64,000 nucleotides of DNA from an uncultured Oscillospiraceae bacterium (GTDB lineage Bacteria; Bacillota; Clostridia; Christensenellales; CAG-138), in assembly GCA_964636405.1 (NCBI GenBank), contig CAZWSI010000007.1:1697-65696 (forward strand), written 5' to 3'. A program made the translations under genes and the position numbers. Below are positions 20,777 through 30,618 of this stretch, piece after piece. The notes beneath the pieces were generated by a model. The model was not told where the DNA came from and did not search any database. It worked only from the letters and a program-made list of their open reading frames with translations. The first letter of the stretch is position 1. Each line of letters starts with the position of its first letter.

Positions 20777-22111
20777 ATGGCGTTCGAGGGCATTTCCGAA
20801 AAATTGCAGGGCGTATTCAAAAAGCTGACCGGCCGCGGCAAACTGTCCGAAAAGGACGTGCGCGACGCGATGCGGGAGATTCGCCTCGCCCTTTTGGAGG
20901 CCGACGTCAACTACATCGTCGTAAAGGATTTTGTGAAAAACGTGACCGACCGCGCCGTGGGCGCGGAGGTGCTCGAAAGCCTTACGCCGGGCCAGCAGGT
21001 TATTTCCATTGTAAACGACGAGCTGTCCAGGCTCATGGGCGGCGCGAACGCCAAGCTGGAATTCGGCAGCGTAAAGCCCGCCGTATACGTGATGGCCGGC
21101 CTCCAGGGCGCGGGCAAAACAACCATGTGCGGCAAGCTCGCAGCCTTCATAAAAAAGCAATACGGAAAGTCGCCCTTGCTCGCGGCCTGCGATATCTACC
21201 GCCCGGCGGCCGTCACCCAGCTCCAGATCGTGGGCGAGAAGGCGGGCGTGCCCGTGTTTGAGCGCGGCACGGAGAATCCCGTGGAAACGGCGAGGCTTGC
21301 CGTGGAGCATGCGAAACGGAATTTCCTCGACGTAGTCATTGTGGATACGGCCGGCCGGCTGCACATCGACGGTGAGATGATGGAGGAGCTTTCCCGCATT
21401 TGCGGCGCGGTCAAGCCCGTGGAAACGCTGCTTGTGGTGGACGCCATGACCGGGCAGGACGCGGTGAACGTTGCCAAAACTTTCGACGAGCAGATCCCGC
21501 TTACGGGCGTGATCCTTACCAAGCTCGACGGCGATACCCGCGGCGGCGCGGCGCTCTCCGTGCGCGCGGTCACGGGCAAGCCCATCAAGCTTTCCGGCAC
21601 GGGCGAAAAGCTGACCGACCTTGAGCTGTTCCACCCCGACCGCATGGCATCGCGCATATTGGGCATGGGCGACGTGCTTTCGCTCATCGAAAAGGCGCAG
21701 ACGGCCTTCGACGAGAAAAAAGCCGTGGAGCTGACCAAGAAGCTTCGCACCGACAGCTTTACGCTGGACGATTTTCTCGAGCAGATGGAGCAGATGAAGG
21801 ATATGGGCTCCATGCAGGAGCTGCTTAAAATGCTTCCCGGCATGGGCGCGCAGGCGGCCAATCTCACGGTCGATGAAAAGGCCCTCGCGCACACGGCGGC
21901 CATTATCCGTTCCATGACCAAACGCGAACGCGAGCGGCCCGATATCCTCAACGCCAGCCGCCGCAAGCGCATCGCAAGAGGCAGCGGCACGAGCGTGCAG
22001 GAGGTAAACCGCCTCATGAACCAGTTTGAGGCCAGCCGCAAAATGATGAAGCAGCTTGGCGGCGGCAAAATGAAGCGGGGGCGCAGGGGCGCACTGCCCT
22101 TCGGATTCTAG
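20777..22111 (+). CDS. ffh: signal recognition particle protein Ffh
   Basis: GLQGAGKTT, DTAGR, TKLDGD motifs and Met-rich M domain. Confidence 0.95.
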   Translation: MAFEGISEKLQGVFKKLTGRGKLSEKDVRDAMREIRLALLEADVNYIVVKDFVKNVTDRAVGAEVLESLTPGQQVISIVNDELSRLMGGANAKLEFGSVKPAVYVMAGLQGAGKTTMCGKLAAFIKKQYGKSPLLAACDIYRPAAVTQLQIVGEKAGVPVFERGTENPVETARLAVEHAKRNFLDVVIVDTAGRLHIDGEMMEELSRICGAVKPVETLLVVDAMTGQDAVNVAKTFDEQIPLTGVILTKLDGDTRGGAALSVRAVTGKPIKLSGTGEKLTDLELFHPDRMASRILGMGDVLSLIEKAQTAFDEKKAVELTKKLRTDSFTLDDFLEQMEQMKDMGSMQELLKMLPGMGAQAANLTVDEKALAHTAAIIRSMTKRERERPDILNASRRKRIARGSGTSVQEVNRLMNQFEASRKMMKQLGGGKMKRGRRGALPFGF

Positions 22112-22171
22112 GCGAACAACGGAGCATCCGTTTTCGAGATAGCACAAAATATTGTTGGAGGAAAGAAACAT

Positions 22172-22414
22172 ATGCTGAAGATCAGACTGCGCAGGATGGG
22201 CGCGAAGAAGGCTCCCTTTTACCGTATCGTCGTGGCGGACTCCCGCGCGCCCCGCAACGGCGCGTTCGTAGAGGAGATCGGTTACTATAACCCCATCTCC
22301 GAGCCCGTGGAGCTCGTGGTGAAAAACGAAACCGCCGCCGAGTGGATCAGGAAGGGCGCCCAGCCTACGGAAACCGTGCGTGCGCTTCTCAAAAAGAGCG
22401 GCGCGATTTCCTGA
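22172..22414 (+). CDS. rpsP: 30S ribosomal protein S16
   Basis: [30 protein letters not shown]... Confidence 0.95.
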   Translation: MLKIRLRRMGAKKAPFYRIVVADSRAPRNGAFVEEIGYYNPISEPVELVVKNETAAEWIRKGAQPTETVRALLKKSGAIS

Positions 22415-22431
22415 CGCAGGGGTAAGAAAGC

Positions 22432-22659
22432 ATGGAGGAATTGTTGCGCTTTATCGCGGCGAGCCTGGTGGACAATCCCGAATCCGTGGAGATTGTCACC
22501 AAGCAGGACGGTGAATATACCGTTTTGGAGCTGCACGTCGCCGAGGGCGATATGGGCAAGGTGATCGGCCGTCAGGGCCGCATCGCCAAGGCTATCCGCA
22601 CGCTTGTCAAGGCGGCCTCCGCGCGCGAGGACAAAAAGTTTATGGTGGAAATCGTTTGA
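22432..22659 (+). CDS. KH-domain RNA-binding protein (YlqC/KhpA-like)
   Basis: 75 aa with KH motif VIGRQGRIAKAIRTL; conserved between rpsP and rimM. Confidence 0.85.
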   Translation: MEELLRFIAASLVDNPESVEIVTKQDGEYTVLELHVAEGDMGKVIGRQGRIAKAIRTLVKAASAREDKKFMVEIV

Positions 22660-23174
22660 GCAGCGCCTATCTGCGCATTGGACAGATTGTGCGTCCGCAC
22701 GGTGTACACGGCGCGGTCAAGCTCGTCCCGCTGACGGACGACCCGCGCCGTTTTTCCGGCCTTGCGGAGGCCTTTCTCGAGCAAGACGGCGCCTACAGCC
22801 CCATACGGGTTTTTGACGCGGGCGTGCGCCCCGACGCCGTTACGCTGCGCATCGCGGGCGTGGATACGCCGGAGGACGCGCAAGAGCTGCGCGGGCGCTA
22901 TCTTTGCGTGGATCGCGCGCACGCGGCCTCCCTGCCCGAGGGCTCGTATTTTGTGTGCGACCTGATCGGCTGCGAGGTGTTCGATTCCGAGGGCGCGTCC
23001 TACGGCCGCATTACGGACGTGCTGGAAACGGGCGCGAACGACGTATACGAAGTGGACGGCGGCAAGCTTATGGTTCCGGCGCTCAAGCGCGTATTGCGCT
23101 CGGTCGATACGGCGCGAGGCCGCGTCGAGCTGGACGCGGACACGCTGCGGGAGGTGGGCCTCTTTGCGGATTGA
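22656..23174 (+). CDS. rimM: 16S rRNA processing protein RimM
   Basis: [17 protein letters not shown]-terminus, PRC-barrel C-terminus; TTG start overlaps the upstream stop. Confidence 0.9.
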   Translation: MSSAYLRIGQIVRPHGVHGAVKLVPLTDDPRRFSGLAEAFLEQDGAYSPIRVFDAGVRPDAVTLRIAGVDTPEDAQELRGRYLCVDRAHAASLPEGSYFVCDLIGCEVFDSEGASYGRITDVLETGANDVYEVDGGKLMVPALKRVLRSVDTARGRVELDADTLREVGLFAD

Positions 23175-23877
23175 TATTCTCACGCTCTTTCCCGAAATGT
23201 TTGCGCCCGTGTTTTCGGCAAGCATGCTGGGCCGCGCGCGCGAAAGCGGGATACTGGATATCCGCACCCATAATATCCGCGATTATGCGGACAACAAGCA
23301 CGCAAAGACCGACGATTATCCCTTTGGCGGCGGCGCGGGCATGGTGATGATGGCGCAGCCCATCTTTGATTGCATGGCAGCCGTGCAGGAGGGCGAAGCC
23401 GCTACGCGCATCCTGCTTACGCCGCGCGGCAAGCCGCTTACGCAGCAGCTTGCGCAGAAATTCGCCAAAGCGGAGCGGCTCATTTTGCTCTGCGGCCACT
23501 ATGAGGGCGTAGACGAGCGGGTAAGCGCCGTGCTCGACGAGGAGATTTCCATTGGCGATTATATCCTCACCGGCGGCGAATTGCCCGCCATGGTGCTTGT
23601 CGATTGCGTAAGCAGGCTGATTCCCGGCGTGCTGGGCTGCGATGCAAGCGCGGAGGACGAGTCCTTTTCGGATGGACTGTTGGAATACCCGCAGTATACC
23701 CGTCCCGCGTCCTTTCGGGGCATGGACGTGCCGGAGATTCTGCTTGGCGGCCACCACGCCAAAATTATGGAATGGCGGCGCGGCAAGGCGCTTAACAAGA
23801 CGCAGGAGGCGCGCCCGGCGCTGCTGGGGCGATTTGGCAAAGAAATGCTTGCATCGGCGCGAAAGCCTGTGCTATAA
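23164..23877 (+). CDS. trmD: tRNA (guanine37-N1)-methyltransferase TrmD
   Basis: [36 protein letters not shown] motifs. Confidence 0.9.
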   Translation: MRIDILTLFPEMFAPVFSASMLGRARESGILDIRTHNIRDYADNKHAKTDDYPFGGGAGMVMMAQPIFDCMAAVQEGEAATRILLTPRGKPLTQQLAQKFAKAERLILLCGHYEGVDERVSAVLDEEISIGDYILTGGELPAMVLVDCVSRLIPGVLGCDASAEDESFSDGLLEYPQYTRPASFRGMDVPEILLGGHHAKIMEWRRGKALNKTQEARPALLGRFGKEMLASARKPVL

Positions 23878-23951
23878 TCGCGTTTGTGACTATGGACGGT
23901 CCAATGTCCGGCAAGGATATGAACGTCTGAAAAAAGAAGGAGAAAAATTAC

Positions 23952-24314
23952 ATGTCGGACATCATCAACCAACTGGAAAAAGAGCAGCTTCGCTCGGATC
24001 TGCCGGAGCTGGAAATTGGCGATACGGTTCGCGTTTTCGTCAAGGTCGTCGAGGGCAACCGCGAACGTCTGCAAAACTTTGAGGGCGTCGTCATCAAAAT
24101 GCAGGGCGGCGGCATTCGCAAGTCGTTCACCGTCCGCCGCATTTCCTATGGCGTGGGCGTAGAGCGTACCTTTCCCTACAACAGCCCCCGCCTGGGCCGC
24201 ATCGAGGTGGTGCGTCACGGCGAGGTGCGCCGCGCCAAGCTGTATTATCTGCGGGATCGCGCGGGCAAGGCCGCCAAGGTGCGCGAGCGCATCGTAGAAA
24301 AGAAAGAGTCCTGA
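23952..24314 (+). CDS. rplS: 50S ribosomal protein L19
   Basis: Typical L19 sequence ([26 protein letters not shown]...RRAKLYYLR). Confidence 0.95.
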   Translation: MSDIINQLEKEQLRSDLPELEIGDTVRVFVKVVEGNRERLQNFEGVVIKMQGGGIRKSFTVRRISYGVGVERTFPYNSPRLGRIEVVRHGEVRRAKLYYLRDRAGKAAKVRERIVEKKES

Positions 24315-24326
24315 ATCGATTCACCC

Positions 24327-24359
24327 AAAACCCCGGCTGCGAAAGCGAAGGGGTTTTTT
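24327..24359 (+). terminator. rho-independent terminator after rplS
   Basis: AAAACCCC (24327-24334) / GGGGTTTT (24350-24357) stem with a T-run. Confidence 0.75.
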
Positions 24360-24375
24360 GATAGGCGGCTTTTAA

Positions 24376-25227
24376 ATGGAGATTCAATGGTATCCCGGCC
24401 ACATGGCCAAAGCAAAACGGAAATTGATCGAGGAGCTCCGCCGCGTGGACGTGGTGGTGGAGCTGCTTGATGCGCGCGCGCCGCGCGCCACGCGCAACCC
24501 GGATTTTGCGCGCCTCTGTGCGGGCAAGGCGCGGGTCGTGCTGCTCAACAAGAGCGATTTGGCAAATGACGCCATTACGCAGGGCTGGCTTGCGCATTTT
24601 CGCGCCAAGGGGCTTTCCGCCGACGCGGTGGCCGCTACGGGCGGGAGCGCGCGCAAAAGGGCCGTGGCGCTTATCGAGCGCGCCGCCGCGCCGCAGGTTG
24701 CGCGCATGGCGGATAAGGGCGTAAAAAAGGTCGTGCGCGCCATGATCGTGGGCATCCCCAACGTGGGCAAATCCACGCTGATTAACCGCGTGGCGGGCGC
24801 GCGCACCGCCGCCGTGGGCGACCGCCCGGGCGTAACGAGAAGCGACCAGTGGGTCAAGATTACGCCCTATCTCGAGCTGCTGGACACCCCGGGCATGCTC
24901 TGGCCCAAGCTGGACGATCAAAAGGACGCTCTGCACCTGGCGTTCCTCGGCTCCATCCGAGACGAGATCCTGGACGAGGAGCACCTTGCCACGCGTATGC
25001 TTGCCGAATTGCAGAGTATTGCGCCCGCGCAGCTCGCCGCGCGCTATGCGGCAATCTTGCCCGATACGCCGGAAACGGAGCTTTTAACCGCGCTGGCGAA
25101 GTGCCGGGGCTTCCTGCTGCCGGGCGGCGTTGCGGACACGGAGCGCGCGGCGCGCATCGCGCTGGACGAATTCCGCGCGGGCAGGCTTGGCCGCGTTTCG
25201 TTGGAACGTGCGCCGGAGGTATGCTAG
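24376..25227 (+). CDS. rbgA: ribosome biogenesis GTPase A (YlqF/RbgA)
   Basis: Circularly permuted GTPase: MEIQWYPGHMAKAKR, LNKSDL, GIPNVGKSTLIN, DTPG. Confidence 0.9.
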   Translation: MEIQWYPGHMAKAKRKLIEELRRVDVVVELLDARAPRATRNPDFARLCAGKARVVLLNKSDLANDAITQGWLAHFRAKGLSADAVAATGGSARKRAVALIERAAAPQVARMADKGVKKVVRAMIVGIPNVGKSTLINRVAGARTAAVGDRPGVTRSDQWVKITPYLELLDTPGMLWPKLDDQKDALHLAFLGSIRDEILDEEHLATRMLAELQSIAPAQLAARYAAILPDTPETELLTALAKCRGFLLPGGVADTERAARIALDEFRAGRLGRVSLERAPEVC

Positions 25228-25228
25228 C

Positions 25229-25855
25229 GTGGCGCGGGTTTCACGGCAGGAACGGCTTGACGCGCTGACTAAAACCGATTGCGTATACTGGTCGCAAAGC
25301 GGCGCGCTGCTTGCGGGCATGGACGAGGTTGGCCGGGGGCCGCTGGCGGGGCCCGTGGCGGCCTGCTGCGCCGTGATGCCGCCTCAGCCGCTTGTTTTAG
25401 GTGTGGACGATTCCAAAAAGCTTTCCGAGAAGCGCCGCGAAGCGCTGTTTGACCCGCTGACGCGAACCGCGCTTGCCTATGCGGTCGCGTTTGTCGAGCC
25501 CGCCGTAATCGACGAAATCAACATATTGGAAGCCACGCGGCTTGCCTTTACGCGGGCCTTCGCGGGGATCGGCCTGCCCGTGACCGACGTGCTTATCGAT
25601 GCGCTTACGGGCCTCTCGCTCCCGACAAAGCAGCATGTTTTGGTGCATGGGGACGCGCTTTCCTATTCCATCGCGGCGGCCTCCGTCATCGCAAAGGTCG
25701 CAAGGGATCGCTATATGCTCGAGCAGGACGCGCTCTATCCGCAATACGGCTTTGCCCAAAACAAGGGCTATGGCACGGCTGCGCATATCGCGGCCCTCCG
25801 CGCGCACGGGCCGTGCCCCATCCATCGGGCCAGCTTTATCGGTAAGTTCCTATGA
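25229..25855 (+). CDS. rnhB: ribonuclease HII
   Basis: GMDEVGRGPLAGPV catalytic motif, DSKKLS; start tentatively GTG 25229, right after the rbgA stop. Confidence 0.85.
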   Translation: MARVSRQERLDALTKTDCVYWSQSGALLAGMDEVGRGPLAGPVAACCAVMPPQPLVLGVDDSKKLSEKRREALFDPLTRTALAYAVAFVEPAVIDEINILEATRLAFTRAFAGIGLPVTDVLIDALTGLSLPTKQHVLVHGDALSYSIAAASVIAKVARDRYMLEQDALYPQYGFAQNKGYGTAAHIAALRAHGPCPIHRASFIGKFL

Positions 25856-26196
25856 ACGCAATAGCGCGCGGAGACTATGGAGAGCGCCTTGCGCAGGCCT
25901 ATTTGGAGCGTCGCGGCTACCGGCTGCTTGCGAAGAATTATCGCGCCGGGCGGCACGAAATCGACCTTGTCATGCGCGACGGCGCGTATACGGTCTTTGT
26001 GAAGGTCAAGGCGCGCGCTTCCACGGCCTACGGCATGCCGGGCGAAGCGGTGTCGGCCGCAAAGCGCCGTTTTTTAACCATCGCGGCGCAGAGCTACCTT
26101 GCTGAGCACGCGCTTTTGGACAGCCCGGCGCGCTTCGACGTGATCGAGGTTTACCTCCGAAATGACGAAATTCGTCACATTGAAAACGCATTTTGA
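25852..26196 (+). CDS. yraN: YraN-family (UPF0102) endonuclease-like protein
   Basis: GERLAQAYLERRGYRLLAKNYR..GEIDLV..VFVEVKAR pattern; ATGA overlap with rnhB. Confidence 0.8.
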   Translation: MNAIARGDYGERLAQAYLERRGYRLLAKNYRAGRHEIDLVMRDGAYTVFVKVKARASTAYGMPGEAVSAAKRRFLTIAAQSYLAEHALLDSPARFDVIEVYLRNDEIRHIENAF

Positions 26197-26285
26197 ACGC
26201 CGATTCCGTTGCGGGCGCGCGGCCTGTTGTGTTATAGTGAGTGTGCGTTCGGGAAAGAATTCCCTTTATTGTGAAATATGAAGGT

Positions 26286-29200
26286 ATGTCTGTCTTGAAA
26301 AAGCTTGCTGCGATTCTTGTCGTTCTCCTGTTCATCGTTTCCCTGCCCGTTTCGGCGCTTGCCGAAGAGGGGGACACGCTGCTTGGAAGCGAATTGCTCT
26401 ACAACGCCGATTTTTCTGTCCAATCCGAGTATGCCGCGCTGCCGGCGGGCTGGGAGCTGGACGCGTACGACGCGTCCTCCGACGCGGTTTCCGCCTATAC
26501 CGGCGAGGACGAAGCCCACGGCGCTTTCGTTGTGCTCGAAAACCGTTCCGCAAACGACGCCCGCGTGTGCCAAAACGTAACGGTCGAGCCCGACAGCGTA
26601 TACCGGCTTACCGCGCTTGCGCGCGTGGACAACGTGGCGGGGGAGCGCGGCGCGACGCTCTCCATCGACAATTATTCCATCGACGGCACCTATTGCTTTT
26701 CGCCGGACGTGGCGCAAGCTTCGGAGGAATGGAAGGAACTGACGCTGTATGTGCGCACCGGGCGGGAGCAGCGTACGCTGCGGGTCGCGCTGCGGCTGGG
26801 GGGCTACGGCTCCACGGCCAAGGGCACGGCCATGTTCTGCCAGGCGTCGCTTGTTGCCTGCCAGCCCAACGCATACGCGGACGTGGTGGATCTTCCCACC
26901 GAAAACGGCGCGGCGGGCAGCGCGACCGGCTCGATTGATCTTGTGCGCGCCTCGAGTGGCGGCATGCTTACGCTCATTCTCGCCTGCGGCCTGCTTGCGG
27001 GCGGCCTGTACGCGCTTTACTATCGCCGCCGCCTCCGTTACGAAAGCGACTGGCCCTTTTCAGGCATGGCGGAGCGCACGTCGCTTGCCGTCATTCTGTT
27101 TTCCGCGTTTGTGCTGCGGCTCGTGCTCTCCGCAATATTCGTCGGGCATTCCACGGATATCAACTGCTTCATGGCATGGGGCGAAGCGGTACTAAATGGC
27201 GGCATGTCGAATTTTTACACCTCCGGCATGTTCGCGGATTATCCGCCGGGCTATATGTATGTGTGCGGCTTCCTTTCGTGGCTCGCGAGGCTTTTCGGCA
27301 TGTCCTACGGCGGGCCGGGCTACGTATTCCTTTTCAAGCTTCCCGCCACGGCTTGCGATTTGGCAACCGCGCTGCTGCTTTATAAGTTTGCCCAGCGCAA
27401 TAAGCTGCGGCCGGGCTTTTCCGTTACGCTTGCGGCGCTTTTCGCGCTCAATCCCGCCATCAGCTTTATCTCCGGCGCCTGGGGGCAGATCGATTCGGTG
27501 CTGACCCTTGCCATCGCCGCCACGTTCTGGCTCTTTATGGAGGACCGGCGTGTGCTTTCCGGCCTCGTTTACGGCCTTGCCATCCTTTTCAAACCGCAGG
27601 CGCTCATGTTCGGCCCGCTGCTGGCCATCATGTACCTTCTGGATGTGTTTGGCGAGCATTGGAAGAAACGCCTTGTCGAAACGGTGCTGGCGGTGCTTGG
27701 CGCGTGCGCGGTGCTCCTTCTCCTTTCGCTCCCCTTCAAGGGCACGCAGCAGGGCTTTTGGCTTGCGGACAAGTATTTCAGCACGGCCGGCTCGTATCCC
27801 TACGCCAGCATCGAGGCGTTTAATCTGCCCGCGCTGCTCGGGGGGAACTGGGCGCCCGTAACAAGGCGCGTGCTGGGTCTGCCCTATAAAGTCTGGGGCA
27901 CGTTCTTTATCGGCTGCGCCATCGTGCTTGCCGGGCTGTTGTACGCGCGCGGCCGCCGCGAAAACCGCGGGGCAGGCTTTCTTGCGGCGGCGTTTATGCT
28001 CGCCATGATTTTTACCTTCGGGCATTATATGCACGAACGGTATCTGCTGCCCGTGCTGCTGCTGCTGCTTGTTTCCTACATGTTCTATCGCGACAGGCGG
28101 CTTTTGGTCGCGTTCGGCGCGCTCACGGCGGTTACGCTCGTAAACGCCTACGCCGCCATGTATATTGTCGATCATCAGGACGCGCGCGGCGCGCTATACG
28201 AAACGGTCACGCGCCTCGCCTCCGCTGCCGAGGTGCTGGGCTTTGGCTATTTTGCCTATACCGCTTTCGATTTGGTATGCAAAAAACGCTCGCTGGCGCC
28301 CATTAACGGGCCCTTGCCCGCCGGGCTGGGGGGCGCGCCCGCCGCTTGCTCCGGCAAGAGCGAGGTGCGTCTTGTATCGGAGCATGAGCCAATGCGCTAT
28401 ACCAAGCGCGATTATCTGCTGCTTGGCGCGCTCACGCTCGTATACGGCGTGCTGGCGCTTACCAACCTCGGCACGCTCAAGGCCCCGCAGACCGCTTGGC
28501 AGCCGGAATCGGCCGGAGAAAGCGTGACCGTACGCTTTGACGGGCCTTATCAGGTTGCAGAATTCTGGGTTTACGGCAACATTACGCAAAACGGTATGCT
28601 CCTCGTATCCAACGGCGGGGGCGATGACGTGAGCTATACCCAGACCTGCGACGATATGTTCCGCTGGCACGAGGTGGAAGCGGGGTTTACCGCCTCTTCC
28701 GTCACGCTCATGCAATATTCGGGCCGGCTTAATCTCAACGAAATCGCGTTTTTTGATGAGAACGGGGCGTTGATCCCCGCCTGGGTGGTCGATCCCGTTG
28801 GCTCGCAAGCCGCCCTCCTCGACGAGCAAGCTACCGTGCCGGATGCGCCTTCGTGTTTTAACGGCATGTATTTTGACGAGCTCTATCACGGCCGCACAGC
28901 CTACGAGCACCTGCATAATCTCGCGCCCTACGAAAACTCGCATCCGCCGCTCGGCAAGCTTTTTATCGCGCTGGGCGTGGCGGTGTTCGACATGTGCCCG
29001 TTTGGCTGGCGGGTGGTGGGCGCGCTGTTCGGCATCGGCATGCTGCCCATCTTCTATGCCTTTGCGCGGCGGCTGATGAAGCGCACGGACTATGCCTTCG
29101 TCGCCACGGCGCTGTTTGCGTTCGATTTCATGCATTTTACGCAGACCCGCATCGCGACCATCGACGTATACGCGGTGTTCTTCATCCTGCTCATGTTCTA

Positions 29201-30131
29201 CTATATGCTGCGCTATGTGCAGATGAATTTCTTCGTGGAGGATTTTCGCAAGACCTTAACGCCGCTCGCGCTCTCCGGCGTGTTTTTCGGGCTGGGGGCG
29301 GCGTGCAAGTGGATCAGCCTCTACGCGGGGGCGGGCCTTGCCGTGCTGTTCTTCTGGTCGCTCGGGACGCGCTTTGCAGAATTTCGCCGCGCGCAGAAAT
29401 CCGGCACGAAGAAGGAGCGGGAGCAGACGGCGCGCTTCGGGGCGTATGCGACCAAAACGCTGCTCTGGTGCTGCCTGTTTTTTGTGGCGATCCCCTTTAC
29501 GATCTACTTTTTGTCCTATTTGCCCTACTATATCTACGAGTCCGGCCAAAAGACCTCCTACGGCGCGAAGGACGCGTTCTCTACCTTCTGGCGCTATCAA
29601 AACTATATGTACGGCTACCACAGCACGCTCAAGGAAACGCACTCCTACCAGTCCGCCTGGTATCAGTGGCCCTTTACCGAAAAGCCCATGTGGTATTATT
29701 TCGCCTTTGTAAAGGGCAAGCTGTCCACGCTGACCGCCTCGGGCAATCCGGCTGTCTGGTGGGTGGGCTCGGTGGGCGCGGTTTCGCTTTTCGGCCTCAC
29801 GCTGGCGGGGCGGGTTAAAAAAGAGCGGGCGCTCATGGTGCTGCTCATTGGCGTGCTGGCCAATTATTTGCCCTGGGTGCTGGTCACGCGCTGCACCTTC
29901 ATCTATCACTTTTTTGCCACCGTGCCCTTCATTCTGCTCGCGACGGTTTATCTGCTCTGCTGGTGGGAAAAGAAGGAGCCCGCGTACGCCTTTGTCAAAT
30001 GGGCGTGGCTAGGCCTTGCGCTGCTGCTGTTTATCCTGCTGTATCCGGGCCTGTCCGGCCTGCCCGTGGACGCCGCGTGGGCCGCGTTTCTTAAAAAACT
30101 ACCGGGGGGACTATTGATGTATGGAGCCTAA
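26286..30131 (+). CDS. 1281-aa envelope protein: signal peptide, beta-rich module, polytopic GT-C-like module, second beta-rich module, PMT/GT39-type polyprenyl-phosphate-sugar glycosyltransferase module
   Basis: Hydrophobic leader ending ALAEEG; many TM segments in two blocks; YFDELYHGRTAYE...HPPLGK signature of PMT-like transferases in the second block; ATG 26286. Confidence 0.7.
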   Translation: MSVLKKLAAILVVLLFIVSLPVSALAEEGDTLLGSELLYNADFSVQSEYAALPAGWELDAYDASSDAVSAYTGEDEAHGAFVVLENRSANDARVCQNVTVEPDSVYRLTALARVDNVAGERGATLSIDNYSIDGTYCFSPDVAQASEEWKELTLYVRTGREQRTLRVALRLGGYGSTAKGTAMFCQASLVACQPNAYADVVDLPTENGAAGSATGSIDLVRASSGGMLTLILACGLLAGGLYALYYRRRLRYESDWPFSGMAERTSLAVILFSAFVLRLVLSAIFVGHSTDINCFMAWGEAVLNGGMSNFYTSGMFADYPPGYMYVCGFLSWLARLFGMSYGGPGYVFLFKLPATACDLATALLLYKFAQRNKLRPGFSVTLAALFALNPAISFISGAWGQIDSVLTLAIAATFWLFMEDRRVLSGLVYGLAILFKPQALMFGPLLAIMYLLDVFGEHWKKRLVETVLAVLGACAVLLLLSLPFKGTQQGFWLADKYFSTAGSYPYASIEAFNLPALLGGNWAPVTRRVLGLPYKVWGTFFIGCAIVLAGLLYARGRRENRGAGFLAAAFMLAMIFTFGHYMHERYLLPVLLLLLVSYMFYRDRRLLVAFGALTAVTLVNAYAAMYIVDHQDARGALYETVTRLASAAEVLGFGYFAYTAFDLVCKKRSLAPINGPLPAGLGGAPAACSGKSEVRLVSEHEPMRYTKRDYLLLGALTLVYGVLALTNLGTLKAPQTAWQPESAGESVTVRFDGPYQVAEFWVYGNITQNGMLLVSNGGGDDVSYTQTCDDMFRWHEVEAGFTASSVTLMQYSGRLNLNEIAFFDENGALIPAWVVDPVGSQAALLDEQATVPDAPSCFNGMYFDELYHGRTAYEHLHNLAPYENSHPPLGKLFIALGVAVFDMCPFGWRVVGALFGIGMLPIFYAFARRLMKRTDYAFVATALFAFDFMHFTQTRIATIDVYAVFFILLMFYYMLRYVQMNFFVEDFRKTLTPLALSGVFFGLGAACKWISLYAGAGLAVLFFWSLGTRFAEFRRAQKSGTKKEREQTARFGAYATKTLLWCCLFFVAIPFTIYFLSYLPYYIYESGQKTSYGAKDAFSTFWRYQNYMYGYHSTLKETHSYQSAWYQWPFTEKPMWYYFAFVKGKLSTLTASGNPAVWWVGSVGAVSLFGLTLAGRVKKERALMVLLIGVLANYLPWVLVTRCTFIYHFFATVPFILLATVYLLCWWEKKEPAYAFVKWAWLGLALLLFILLYPGLSGLPVDAAWAAFLKKLPGGLLMYGA

Positions 30132-30615
30132 AGCAAAAAAGAACGCCTGGAAGACGCTCGTACAGTTCATCAAGTTCAATATTGTGGGCGTGATGAACAC
30201 GCTGGTGGACTTTGTCGTTTTTCAACTGCTGAACCTCTTGGTGGGCTGGACGTATCTGGCCCAGATCATCAGCTACACCTGCGGCATTGTAAACAGCTAT
30301 ATTTTTAACAGCAGTTGGACCTTCAAGGAGGAGCGCACCCGTTCCTTTAAGGAGATGGCGCTGTTTTTGGCGGTAAATCTCTGCTCCCTTTCCGTGTCGC
30401 TGGGCGTAATCTGGCTGTGCAAAAACGCGCTCGGCGTGACTGACGAATGGGTAGCTTCTTGGATGCCCGCCCTGTTTGGGGGCTTTATTAAAGGCGATAC
30501 GGTATGCAAGCTGATCGCCACGCTCTGCGCGATTGTCGTAAACTATGCCGGAAACAAGCTCTTTGTGTTTCAGGGGAAGAACAAAACCCCGGAGGCGTCG
30601 GAGCGGGAGGGTTAA
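30121..30615 (+). CDS. GtrA-family membrane protein
   Basis: Four-TM small protein with FIKFNIVGVMNTLVDFVVF and NYAGNKLFVF motifs; 11-bp overlap with the glycosyltransferase. Confidence 0.8.
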   Translation: MEPKAKKNAWKTLVQFIKFNIVGVMNTLVDFVVFQLLNLLVGWTYLAQIISYTCGIVNSYIFNSSWTFKEERTRSFKEMALFLAVNLCSLSVSLGVIWLCKNALGVTDEWVASWMPALFGGFIKGDTVCKLIATLCAIVVNYAGNKLFVFQGKNKTPEASEREG

Positions 30616-30618
30616 TCG

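Noticed and set aside
22118-22134. Hairpin after ffh as a terminator
   Set aside because: A 6-bp stem with a 3-nt loop and only four T residues; rpsP is probably co-transcribed.
23878-23951. Possible rplS (L19) leader RNA
   Set aside because: Only a short GGAC...GTCC hairpin is visible, too little to claim the motif without a covariance-model search.
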